A DNA stretch of 32,000 nt from Erysipelotrichaceae bacterium (GTDB lineage: Bacteria; Bacillota_I; Bacilli_A; Erysipelotrichales; Erysipelotrichaceae), in contig JAUVVC010000004.1 in the NCBI GenBank assembly GCA_030604855.1, positions 90,001 through 122,000 of the forward strand, in the 5' to 3' direction. The number at the start of each line of letters is the position of its first letter. Within the stretch, counting starts at the first letter, position 1. The position numbers were made by a program, and so were the translations under genes. Shown here in pieces: positions 1 through 8,158 of this stretch. The notes under the pieces are model-generated. The model saw only the letters and a list, made by a program, of their open reading frames with translations, ran no database searches and was not told where the DNA came from.

Positions 1-83
1 TTCTTAGCAAAATCCATGGCAATGAAACGACCACGACTGCAGTATTCACTGCTCAATGCAATGACTTTAATATTGGAGTTCAT
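1..83 (-). CDS. partial CDS, 5' end only (continues past the left edge); product uncertain, N-terminus reminiscent of cytidylate-kinase-like (AAA) family proteins
   Basis: Minus-strand ATG at 83-81, then an open frame to position 1 (MNSNIKVIALSSEYCSRGRFIAMDFAK...). GAGAGG lies at 100-95 upstream. Absent from the ORF track because it has no stop in the window. The family guess rests on 27 residues only. Confidence 0.35.
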   Translation of the reverse strand, partial: MNSNIKVIALSSEYCSRGRFIAMDFAK

Positions 84-178
84 ATTATGTATTACCTCTC
101 TAACTTAAGTCTAGTGTAAATCATTTTAAGCATCATTCTGTATATAAATATGATTGAGTACGTCATAAACAATCGTCG

Positions 179-187
179 TGATATAAT
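179..187 (+). promoter_or_regulatory. extended -10 promoter element (TGaTATAAT) 9 nt upstream of the chrA-N ATG
   Basis: tgatataat at 179-187 and ATG at 197, with no Shine-Dalgarno in between (aattgagtt). Confidence 0.45.
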
Positions 188-196
188 AATTGAGTT

Positions 197-757
197 ATGA
201 AAAAAATCTCTACTTTTGAACTCTTCATCTCCTTCTTCAAGATAAACATGATCACCTTTGGGGGTGGTTATGCCATCATGCCCATCATTAAGAAGGTGTA
301 TGTGGACGATAAAAAGATCTTGCATGAGGAGGATATGTTGGACCTGATCGCCTTGGCTCAATCCATTCCAGGCGCCATGGCCATCAACACTTCAATGTTG
401 GTGGGTTATAAACTTCGTGGCACCGTAGGTGCCTTGGTCTCTTTGATTGGGGCGTTCTTACCCCCCCTATTGATCATTTCGATTATTTCCGTATTCTATC
501 AAATCTTTCAAACCAATCCCATCATTCAAGCCATCCTTGGAGGCATGCGAGGTGCTGTCAGTGCCGTTATGATCTATGCGGCCTATAACATGTTCACATC
601 CTTACTCAAAACCAATCGAACATTTTCTTTGATTCTTATGTCCGTCGCCTTCCTCTTGGCTTGGTTCAGCAACATTTCCGTTGGGTATATTATGCTCAGT
701 GCTGGCCTCATCGGTTTCTTGTACTTTGGATACATTAAAGAGAGATTAAGTCTATGA
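197..757 (+). CDS. chromate transporter family protein, short-chain CHR, first of a pair
   Basis: 186 aa, polytopic and hydrophobic. The N-terminal FGGGYAIMP motif is typical of ChrA/CHR proteins. The stop overlaps the next start (ATGA at 754-757). Confidence 0.85.
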   Translation: MKKISTFELFISFFKINMITFGGGYAIMPIIKKVYVDDKKILHEEDMLDLIALAQSIPGAMAINTSMLVGYKLRGTVGALVSLIGAFLPPLLIISIISVFYQIFQTNPIIQAILGGMRGAVSAVMIYAAYNMFTSLLKTNRTFSLILMSVAFLLAWFSNISVGYIMLSAGLIGFLYFGYIKERLSL

Positions 758-1314
758 GCCTCTTCATTTCACTCTTCATAACCTTCATGCTTATTGGTGT
801 TTCTGCCTTTGGTGGTGGTTATGCCGTCATGCCATTGATTCAAAACTACATCGTAGAGAATCAGGCTTGGATCACCATGAATGAATTGGCAGACATCACA
901 TCCATATCGCAGATGACGCCAGGTCCCATCTTCATCAATGCCGCAACCTTCGTAGGCATCAAGGTTGCTGGTCACTTGGGTGGTTTGGTTGCGACGGTTG
1001 GCTCTGTTCTTCCTTCGTTTGGTTTGGTTCTGATTCTTGGCTATCTCTTCGCTAAACACGGTGATCTCTATTTCATCCAAAACATCATGAAAGGTTTGCG
1101 TCCTACCATTGTTGGTTTAATATGGGTTGCGGCGATCACTTTATTCACAACCTCTCTCTTCGTAAGCAATCCCGATGGTTTCTCCATTGAATGGCCAGCA
1201 ACATTAGCCTTCATCGTCGGCTTGATCATCAGTATGAAAACCAAGTGGGATACGCTGGTTATTGTCCTCTGTGGTGCCGGTATTGGTTTACTCTTCTACT
1301 TCTTACCGTTCTAA
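754..1314 (+). CDS. chromate transporter family protein, short-chain CHR, second of a pair
   Basis: 186 aa paralogue of the previous ORF (FGGGYAVMP, same length). Paired short CHR genes are known, e.g. B. subtilis ywrA/ywrB. Confidence 0.85.
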   Translation: MSLFISLFITFMLIGVSAFGGGYAVMPLIQNYIVENQAWITMNELADITSISQMTPGPIFINAATFVGIKVAGHLGGLVATVGSVLPSFGLVLILGYLFAKHGDLYFIQNIMKGLRPTIVGLIWVAAITLFTTSLFVSNPDGFSIEWPATLAFIVGLIISMKTKWDTLVIVLCGAGIGLLFYFLPF

Positions 1315-1336
1315 GACTGGAAACAGTCTTTTTATT
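1314..1336 (+). terminator. rho-independent terminator after the chrA pair
   Basis: agactg-gaaa-cagtct hairpin (1314-1329) followed by tttttatt. Confidence 0.7.
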
Positions 1337-1420
1337 ACTATGATTATTTAATTTGTCTTAAGTATATCGTGTTGTAGTATATCGCAATATAGCTTTTAAG
1401 TATCCTTTTATCCTATTATA

Positions 1421-1442
1421 AAGGGTTGAAAACTCAACCCTT
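1421..1442 (-). terminator. hairpin at the 3' end of rsmI (weak terminator)
   Basis: aagggttga-aaac-tcaaccctt overlaps the rsmI stop. On the minus strand it is followed by tataat..., so the U-tract is poor. Confidence 0.4.
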
Positions 1443-2295
1443 AATGTTCCTTATGATGATACGAGGCATAGACCTCATTTTTACTGAGTCCAACCTCTTG
1501 AGCCACCAATTTAATGGCTTGTGATGCGCTGACACCGCCTTCGATGTAGATCTGAATCCTTTGATGAATCTCTGTCAAATCCACAACCTTCTCACGATCA
1601 CTGATATTCCCTTCCATGACCAAGACGATCTCACCTTTTAGATCGTCCGCGATCTCAATCAATTCTGAGATCGTTCCGCGTATAAATTCTTCATACACTT
1701 TGGTCAACTCCCGTGCCAAGACCGCTTTGCGATCTCCGACAATGGGAAGCATTCGCTCCAGTGTTTTTTTGATGCGATGAGGTGCTTCATAGAAAACCAA
1801 GGTATACGGATAGGCCTTAAGTTGATTCAACTCTTGGCGACATTCCTTTTCCTGTAAAGGTAAGAAGCCATAAAACAAGAACGGTTGAGCTGGAAGTCCC
1901 GATGCGATCAAGGCATCCAGAACAGCGCTTGCCCCAGAAATGGGTACGACATTGAAGCCGGCATCTAAAACGGTTTGCACAACGGTTGCGCCGGGATCAC
2001 TGATCAAAGGATAACCCGCATCACTCACCAAAGCCACATCCTGATGGTTCTTTAAAAGCTTGAGAATCCCCAGTGCACTTTCATTCTCATTATGCACATG
2101 ATGCGCGATGAGTTTCGTTTGAATGTTGAAGTGTTGGAGTAAGCGTAAGGTATTCCGTGTATCTTCAGCCGCAATCACTGAAACCGAACTTAAAATTTCA
2201 ATCGCACGCGGCGTCATCTCATCGAGATTTCCAATCGGTGTGGCGACCAAATACAAAGTCGGTAATTCATTTTGAAAGCTTTTCTGTCTTTTCAT
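1441..2295 (-). CDS. rsmI: 16S rRNA (cytidine1402-2'-O)-methyltransferase
   Basis: 284 aa. N-terminal LYLVATPIGNLDEMTPRAIEIL...IAAEDTRNTLRLL is the tetrapyrrole-methylase-fold RsmI signature. Confidence 0.92.
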   Translation of the reverse strand: MKRQKSFQNELPTLYLVATPIGNLDEMTPRAIEILSSVSVIAAEDTRNTLRLLQHFNIQTKLIAHHVHNENESALGILKLLKNHQDVALVSDAGYPLISDPGATVVQTVLDAGFNVVPISGASAVLDALIASGLPAQPFLFYGFLPLQEKECRQELNQLKAYPYTLVFYEAPHRIKKTLERMLPIVGDRKAVLARELTKVYEEFIRGTISELIEIADDLKGEIVLVMEGNISDREKVVDLTEIHQRIQIYIEGGVSASQAIKLVAQEVGLSKNEVYASYHHKEH

Positions 2296-2297
2296 GT

Positions 2298-3125
2298 CTA
2301 GTCTTTTTTGTAGTTCTTAAACGCTTCCGCAAACGACAAGAAGTGCGTTGCTTCACGGTTCTCAAGTTTAGCCTGTTGGGTAATCACATTCATGTTGGTG
2401 ACACGATAACGGTTACCTTCATAATCAATCTGTTCGTTGAGCTTAGGACAGCCCTTACGCATTTCTTTGTAATTCTCATCTTCATACTTCAAACAACACA
2501 TCAACTTACCACATTGACCGGATAGTTTCGAAATGTTCAACGCAAGTAATTGATTCTTGGCCATATTGATGGAAACCACATCAAAATTATTCAAGAACTT
2601 AGAACAACAGGTCTCTTGTCCACAGGGTCCAATACCACCAATCATCTTCGCTTTATCCCGTGGACCGATTTGTTTCAGTTCAATGCGACACTTCAATTGT
2701 CCCGCCAATTCCTTTAACAATTCTCTGAAATCCACACGTTCATCCGCCACATACACGATGATGACTTTGGAACGATCCAAAGTATACTCCGCACTGATCA
2801 GATTCATGTCCAGATTCAAACGTTTGACCAAGGCTTGGCATGCCGCTAAGGCATCCTTGGAATCATGCTTGTTGCGCTCATAGCTCGCTAAATCACGCTC
2901 ACTCGCTTTACGCAAGATCGGTTTCAATTCCGTACTGAGATTGAATTCTTCCGCATTCCGTGCCTCACTGATGATCTGTCCCAGCTCCAAACCACGGGCT
3001 GTCTCCACAACGACCTGGTCTTCATACGCAAACTCTGCTTCATGCGCCCCAAAGCTATACGCTTTTTGGTTCCCATGAAAACGAATCGAATACACAAATT
3101 TATACGATGACACGTTGTCGGTCAT
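2298..3125 (-). CDS. ricT: PSP1-domain protein YaaT/RicT (stage 0 sporulation protein YaaT family)
   Basis: 275 aa with the cysteine-rich PSP1 motif (GPCGQETCCSKFL...GQCGKLMCCLKYE). Sits in the conserved position after holB. Confidence 0.9.
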   Translation of the reverse strand: MTDNVSSYKFVYSIRFHGNQKAYSFGAHEAEFAYEDQVVVETARGLELGQIISEARNAEEFNLSTELKPILRKASERDLASYERNKHDSKDALAACQALVKRLNLDMNLISAEYTLDRSKVIIVYVADERVDFRELLKELAGQLKCRIELKQIGPRDKAKMIGGIGPCGQETCCSKFLNNFDVVSINMAKNQLLALNISKLSGQCGKLMCCLKYEDENYKEMRKGCPKLNEQIDYEGNRYRVTNMNVITQQAKLENREATHFLSFAEAFKNYKKD

Positions 3126-4102
3126 ACTTCTTCCTCCTTGAGTTGGTAGAGCAACGCATCAATGAGTAAACCCAAATTCGCATTGCCACCGATTTTATGC
3201 ACACTGTCATTAAAGATTGTAAACGCTGCCAAGGCTTTGATCTGGCGCGGTATATGGTAAAGACGTGACTTCCACTCCGAAGATTGTGTTTGTGTTTTAA
3301 ACAACACATCCTTGAAAAACATCATACCGATGTTTAAAAAGAGTGTCAAACGCTGACGGTCACTTTGCGCGTCTTTACGCTTCAAAAGGTTGTTTTGTAG
3401 ATAAATCTCGCCCAGATAAGGAGCACGATTGTATTCATCTATGAATTCCCCAAACGATGTCAAACATTGTCTAAAGAGTTCAGAGGATTGTAATTCAAGT
3501 AATTCTTCTTGATCATTGACCATTTGCGTCAAGAGATGAAGCTCATAAGGATCCAAATCAGATGCTTGTAAAGCATCCATCAAGACTTGCCGGTCTTGTG
3601 GTTTAAAGGTCAAAGTCTGACAACGTGAAACAATCGTCTCCAATAGACGCTCAGGTTTCTCACTAATCAAAATGGCATAGGTATCATACCCACTGGGTTC
3701 TTCCAAGAACTTTAAAAGACTGTTTAGAGCTTCTGTCGTGGCATTCTCAGCTGCTTTGACGATATAGAACTTCTTACCATATTTCTCTAAAGCCGTACGT
3801 GAGAATTTCTCTTGCATGCTCAAGATATGATCCTTCTTGATGGACGTATCCGTCCCATCTAAAATCACCATATCCGCAAAGATTTCCGATTGAATACGTA
3901 CACAGGAATCACACTTTTCACATGCCCAAGGATCCGCATATTCACAGATTAAACTCTGGGCTAAAAGAATCGCGGTTTCAAACATTTTCGATCCTTTTGG
4001 CCCCGTAAAAAGATAGGCATGCGATGCCTGTTTATGGTGAAGCGCGTTATACAACACTCTTTCTACGATGGGCTGACGTTCTTTTAAATGTTCACGAAAC
4101 AT
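3122..4102 (-). CDS. holB: DNA polymerase III subunit delta-prime
   Basis: 326 aa with the clamp-loader AAA+ pattern (HAYLFTGPKGSKM, zinc-module cysteines CEKCDSC, SRCQ sensor). Overlaps the tmk stop. Confidence 0.9.
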   Translation of the reverse strand: MFREHLKERQPIVERVLYNALHHKQASHAYLFTGPKGSKMFETAILLAQSLICEYADPWACEKCDSCVRIQSEIFADMVILDGTDTSIKKDHILSMQEKFSRTALEKYGKKFYIVKAAENATTEALNSLLKFLEEPSGYDTYAILISEKPERLLETIVSRCQTLTFKPQDRQVLMDALQASDLDPYELHLLTQMVNDQEELLELQSSELFRQCLTSFGEFIDEYNRAPYLGEIYLQNNLLKRKDAQSDRQRLTLFLNIGMMFFKDVLFKTQTQSSEWKSRLYHIPRQIKALAAFTIFNDSVHKIGGNANLGLLIDALLYQLKEEEV

Positions 4103-4724
4103 GTTTGACCTTATTTAACACCACTTCATACGCATCCGCTTGAACCTTTGGAATGGCTTGAGACGCATCCACGATTTGGATGCGATCCTTAAAACGCTCA
4201 AGGACTGTTTGGTAACCCTTCACGACTGCCTCATGAAAGGCAATCGATTCTTGGTCCAAACGATCCAAAAAAGTCCGGTTCTCAATCCGTTTGATGCCGG
4301 TTTCCGCATCCAAGTCCAAATAAACCGTTAAATCCGGATAATGGCCTTCAATCGCAAACTCATTGATGCTTAGTACGGCATCAAAGCCGATTTTACGTGC
4401 AATCCCTTGATACGCCAAAGAGCTATCCACAAAGCGATCGCACAAGACAATCTTGCCTTCATTCAAAGCCGGTAAGACTTTTTCGACAAAGTGTTGCCTA
4501 CGACTGGCCGCATACAAAAGTGCTTCGGTTTTAACGTCCATTGCCGTGTTCTTTGGATCTAAAATGATATGTCGGATCTGTTCCGCAATATCAATGCCCC
4601 CCGGTTCACGTGTGTAGACCACAGGGTAGCCTTCATTCAAGAGTTTTTCATATACATAACGGCTGACGGTGGTCTTCCCACTGCCATCCGGTCCTTCAAA
4701 CGTGATAAAGATGCCCTGTTTCAT
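4092..4724 (-). CDS. tmk: thymidylate kinase
   Basis: MKQGIFITFEGPDGSGKTT P-loop followed by a DRF..S motif. I start at the internal ATG (4724) because AGAGGA lies 7 nt upstream and a TATAAT lies at 4749-4744. The ORF-track start at 4772 adds 16 non-conserved residues. Confidence 0.92.
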   Translation of the reverse strand: MKQGIFITFEGPDGSGKTTVSRYVYEKLLNEGYPVVYTREPGGIDIAEQIRHIILDPKNTAMDVKTEALLYAASRRQHFVEKVLPALNEGKIVLCDRFVDSSLAYQGIARKIGFDAVLSINEFAIEGHYPDLTVYLDLDAETGIKRIENRTFLDRLDQESIAFHEAVVKGYQTVLERFKDRIQIVDASQAIPKVQADAYEVVLNKVKHVS

Positions 4725-4791
4725 ACCGAATCCTCTGTGTCTCATTATACCAACCCTAGCCTTTTTATACAATCAAGCATTCATTCCCCTG

Positions 4792-4800
4792 TGCTATAAT
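4792..4800 (+). promoter_or_regulatory. extended -10 promoter element (TGcTATAAT) 6 nt upstream of the nudix ATG
   Basis: tgctataat at 4792-4800 and ATG at 4807, with no Shine-Dalgarno. Confidence 0.5.
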
Positions 4801-4806
4801 CAAACC

Positions 4807-5343
4807 ATGGAACTCAAAGAAAAAACCCTCTCATCCGAACTCAAATTCACTGGCCGCATCATCCGTGTCATCCACGATCGAATCGAACTTCCCGATGGCA
4901 ATCAAAGCATGCGTGAACTGGTCGAACACCCCGGTGGCGTCTGTGTCGCTGCTGTCAACGAACACGGTGAACTGCTCATTGTCGAGCAATTCCGTTATGC
5001 CTTTAAAACTGAACTTCTTGAATTTCCAGCAGGTAAATTGGAACCCGGTGAAGATCCCCTTGAAGCCGCAAAACGTGAATTGATTGAAGAGACTGGTTAC
5101 GAAGCTGATGTGATGCTTTCAATGGGTGAAGTTTGGCCTTCAGTGGGTTATCTTACAGAAAGGATCCACCTCTATTACGCACCAAATACACATTTCGTGG
5201 GTCAGAAATTGGATCCTCAGGAATTTCTAAATGTGAAAACCTACAGCTATGATCAACTTATGACCATGGCTCACCATAATCTCATCAATGATGGAAAAAC
5301 TTTGGCTTTATTGCTTAGAATGAAACCCCATCTCAAGGACTGA
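4807..5343 (+). CDS. nudF: Nudix hydrolase, ADP-ribose pyrophosphatase type
   Basis: Nudix box GKLEPGEDPLEAAKRELIEETGY. The N-terminus MELKEKTLSSELKFTGRII resembles ADP-ribose pyrophosphatases. The ORF-track start at 4669 would overlap tmk and its promoter, so I use ATG 4807. Confidence 0.85.
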   Translation: MELKEKTLSSELKFTGRIIRVIHDRIELPDGNQSMRELVEHPGGVCVAAVNEHGELLIVEQFRYAFKTELLEFPAGKLEPGEDPLEAAKRELIEETGYEADVMLSMGEVWPSVGYLTERIHLYYAPNTHFVGQKLDPQEFLNVKTYSYDQLMTMAHHNLINDGKTLALLLRMKPHLKD

Positions 5344-5344
5344 T

Positions 5345-5917
5345 ATGAACATACACTTTAAATCGAGCTTTGATTTAGACTCTGAACAAATTGCACAGTA
5401 TTTCGATGATCTTGATTTCTCACACCAACCCAATTGGAAAGGATGTTATTGCAGGTTTTATCACAATGATCTTTCTTTCGAACAATGGATGAAACGTACA
5501 GGGGAAGATAATCGAGTCGAGATGATTGAGAGCTTAAAGAATCGTTCAATGCATGGCATACTGGCTATGATGGATGATAAAATCATTGCTTGGTTGAACA
5601 TTAACGATATCGAGAAATATGCACGTATTTATCCACATGTTCCAGAAGAACTTAAAAGACAAAAGATCGCCTGCTCCATCTGTTTCATTGTCCATCCGGA
5701 TTTTCGTGGTCAAGGAATTGCGACACAATTATTGGGGTTTGCGATTCAACATTACACCAATCTGAGATATGATGCCCTGCTAGCGCTACCTGTTTCAGGC
5801 AAAGGGGTCACCAGTTATCGCGGACCTGAAACCATGTACGCAAAGCTGGGTTATGAAACGCTGCAGACACACGATGATTTCAAAATCCTACTTAAAACAC
5901 TGAAAGAAAAACCGTAA
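5345..5917 (+). CDS. GNAT family N-acetyltransferase
   Basis: 190 aa with acetyl-CoA motif A (VHPDFRGQGIATQLL). Starts 1 nt after the nudix stop. Confidence 0.8.
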   Translation: MNIHFKSSFDLDSEQIAQYFDDLDFSHQPNWKGCYCRFYHNDLSFEQWMKRTGEDNRVEMIESLKNRSMHGILAMMDDKIIAWLNINDIEKYARIYPHVPEELKRQKIACSICFIVHPDFRGQGIATQLLGFAIQHYTNLRYDALLALPVSGKGVTSYRGPETMYAKLGYETLQTHDDFKILLKTLKEKP

Positions 5918-5945
5918 CCCACTGGGTTACGGTTTGCTTTATTTT
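5912..5945. terminator. bidirectional rho-independent terminator between the GNAT gene and gpmI
   Basis: 9-bp stem ccgtaaccc-act-gggttacgg (5912-5932). T-runs follow on both strands: tttgctttatttt on plus and tttttctttc on minus. Confidence 0.8.
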
Positions 5946-7510
5946 ACGAGACTTTCCAACCAGCTTGGATCTTTTTCGACATCCAAGAGTTCAGCTAAGG
6001 TTGAAGCGATGTTGGCCAAACCAAAGTGACCTTCCTTGTATGCCACTTCCTTACCGATGATGAAGAAAGGGACAGGATTCAAGGTGTGCGCGGTCTTTGG
6101 TTTCGGTGCCGCATTGGGATCCTTCGATTTCTCGAACATCTCATCCGCATTCCCATGATCCGCTGTCACAACCAAGATGCCATCGACCTTCTCAACCGCA
6201 TCCATGATGCGTTTCAATTGAAGATCAACGGTCTCAACGCCAATGATGGTCGCCAAGTAATTACCTGTATGGCCTACCATGTCGCCATTCGGGAAGTTGC
6301 AACGTAAGAAGCCATATTCTTTAGACTCGATGGCCGCAATCAACGTATCCGTGATTTCAGCCGCTTTCATCCAAGGACGTTGTTCGAATGGAACCAAATC
6401 AGATTTGATTTCGACATAGGTTTCCAGTTCGTCACTGAACTTCTCTGTGCGATTACCGTTCCAGAAGTAAGTCACATGACCAAATTTCTGTGTTTCACTG
6501 ATGGCATATTGTTTGATGCCTTCCGCAACCAAGCGCTCACTGAGTGTATTCTTGATGCGAGGTGGCGTGACCAAATAGTTCGTAGGAATCTGTAAATCCC
6601 CATCGTATTGAAGCATGCCGGCATAGAAGACATTCGGACGAATTTTACGATCGAAGTAAGGGAAATCTTTGTCTTCAAACTCAAAGGCTTTCGTAATTTC
6701 AATCGCACGGTCGCCACGGAAGTTATTGAAGATGACCGCATCGCCATCAACGATTTTACCCAAAGGTTCACCGTTTTCCGCAATGACGAAGGCTGGTAGG
6801 TTTTGGTCATTATACCCACCTTCAGCACGATAGGTTTCAATCGCTTCTTTTGCCGAAGTAAATTGACGTCCTTCACCTAAGACATGCGTCTGCCATCCAC
6901 GTTCAACCATTGCCCATTCCGCATCATAACGGTCCATGGTCACAAACATACGACCTCCTCCCGAAGCAATGCGTGCATCAAAGTTATCATCATTGAGTTC
7001 TTTGAACACATTTTCCAATTGTTCGACATAAATTAGGCCAGATGTCGCTGGCACATCACGACCATCCAAGAGGATGTGTGAACGTACTCTCTTAACGCCA
7101 TTCAGTTTTGCTTGTTTGACCATTGCGATCAAATGATCGATGTGTGAGTGGACATTTCCATCTGACAATAAGCCAATGAAGTGCAGGGTACTCTTTTGCG
7201 CTTGAGCCATGGTTTTATTCCATGTCTCTGACGAAAAGATCTCTCCACTTTCCAAAGATTGATTGACAAGCTTTGCGCCTTGAGCATAGATCTGCCCACA
7301 ACCAATGGCATTATGTCCAACTTCACTGTTTCCCATGTCATCATCACTGGGTAAACCCACCGCAACGCCATGCGCCTGAATCGAAGTATAAGGGATATTT
7401 TTCATTAAAGCATCAAGTGTTGGTGTATACGCTTCTTTAACCGCATTCCCAACGGTATTCTCGGATAGGCCGATGCCATCCATTACGACAAATACAACAG
7501 GTCTTTTCAT
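5939..7510 (-). CDS. gpmI: 2,3-bisphosphoglycerate-independent phosphoglycerate mutase
   Basis: [16 protein letters not shown]...[14 protein letters not shown]...TADHGNAD are iPGM metal-site and active-site motifs. I start at ATG 7510, preceded by AAAGGAGAA. The ORF-track start at 7561 adds 17 residues. Confidence 0.92.
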   Translation of the reverse strand: [523 protein letters not shown]

Positions 7511-7575
7511 AAGTTCTCCTTTTTGCGTCTCTATCATAGCACTTTTAGCTGTCAAAACCACAGCTCGTGCCCTTC

Positions 7576-7884
7576 TTATTCGTCCGATCCACCCTCTTGA
7601 GGAAGATAATAGATCTGCTCTCCATCTTTGGTCAACATGTAGTTTGCCCGAGCATAGCTTTTAACATATTCCGGATCCAAGAGTTTGGTTTTCTGCTCTT
7701 CCAAACTTGTGTTTTCCTGCTCAAGAATCATCAGCTCCGCTTGAACTTCTTTCAAGCTTTGGCTGAGGCGGAAGGTATTCTGTAATTCTTCAATCACCGG
7801 CATCAGAAAGACAACAGTCAAACCTAATAATAAAAGTGACACAAAGATACTGCTGGTTCGATGTTTAAGTCTGCGTTTCATCAT
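7576..7884 (-). CDS. divIC: septum formation initiator family protein (DivIC/FtsB)
   Basis: 102 aa with one N-terminal TM helix, a coiled coil and ...DPEYVKSYARANYMLTKDGEQIY. AAGGAGG RBS upstream. Confidence 0.85.
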   Translation of the reverse strand: MMKRRLKHRTSSIFVSLLLLGLTVVFLMPVIEELQNTFRLSQSLKEVQAELMILEQENTSLEEQKTKLLDPEYVKSYARANYMLTKDGEQIYYLPQEGGSDE

Positions 7885-8158
7885 GAGCCTCCTTTACAGG
7901 GTGAACGATCCGTACATCCGATACGATTTCATAAAGCGTTAAAGATTGTGCCTTTTTGATGTTCTCCGCAATCGCCAACACCACGATGGTTAAATGACGA
8001 TGACCAAAAACACATTCCACTTTATCCCCGATTCTGACTTCAGTCGAAGGTTTTGCGGCTTTTCCATTGATTAAAATTCGGTCCTGTAAAGCCAATTCCT
8101 TGGATACAGGTCGCTTCTTAACGATTCGAGCGATTTTTAAATATTGATCAATACGCAT
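7865..8158 (-). CDS. rqcP: S4-domain RNA-binding protein YabO/RqcP (Hsp15-like)
   Basis: MRIDQYLKIARIVKKRPVSKELALQDRILINGKAAKPS is an S4 fold, and the gene sits after mfd as in B. subtilis yabO. I use ATG 8158 (TGATG overlap with the mfd stop); the track start at 8161 is a TTG. Confidence 0.85.
   Translation of the reverse strand: MRIDQYLKIARIVKKRPVSKELALQDRILINGKAAKPSTEVRIGDKVECVFGHRHLTIVVLAIAENIKKAQSLTLYEIVSDVRIVHPVKEAHDETQT

Noticed and set aside
92-361. 89-aa minus-strand ORF
   Set aside because: It overlaps the chrA-N promoter and coding region in antisense, has no RBS and no recognisable motifs. The real minus-strand gene start is the truncated ORF at 83-1.
1357-1403. Short direct repeats (AGTATATCG at 1361 and 1376; TTAAGTAT at 1357 and 1396) in the convergent chrA/rsmI spacer
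   Set aside because: These are 8-9 nt repeats in AT-rich intergenic DNA between two terminators. They are plausibly chance, and no associated gene or structure is apparent.
6472-6876. 134-aa same-strand alternative-frame ORF inside gpmI
   Set aside because: It is an out-of-frame overlap with a conserved enzyme gene, and nothing suggests a programmed frameshift or an overlapping gene.
7547-7565. Hairpin agctgt-caaaacc-acagct between divIC and gpmI as a terminator
   Set aside because: On the transcribed (minus) strand it is followed by AAAAG, not a U-tract, and it overlaps a possible gpmI -35 (TTGACA). The evidence is insufficient to call it a terminator or a regulator.
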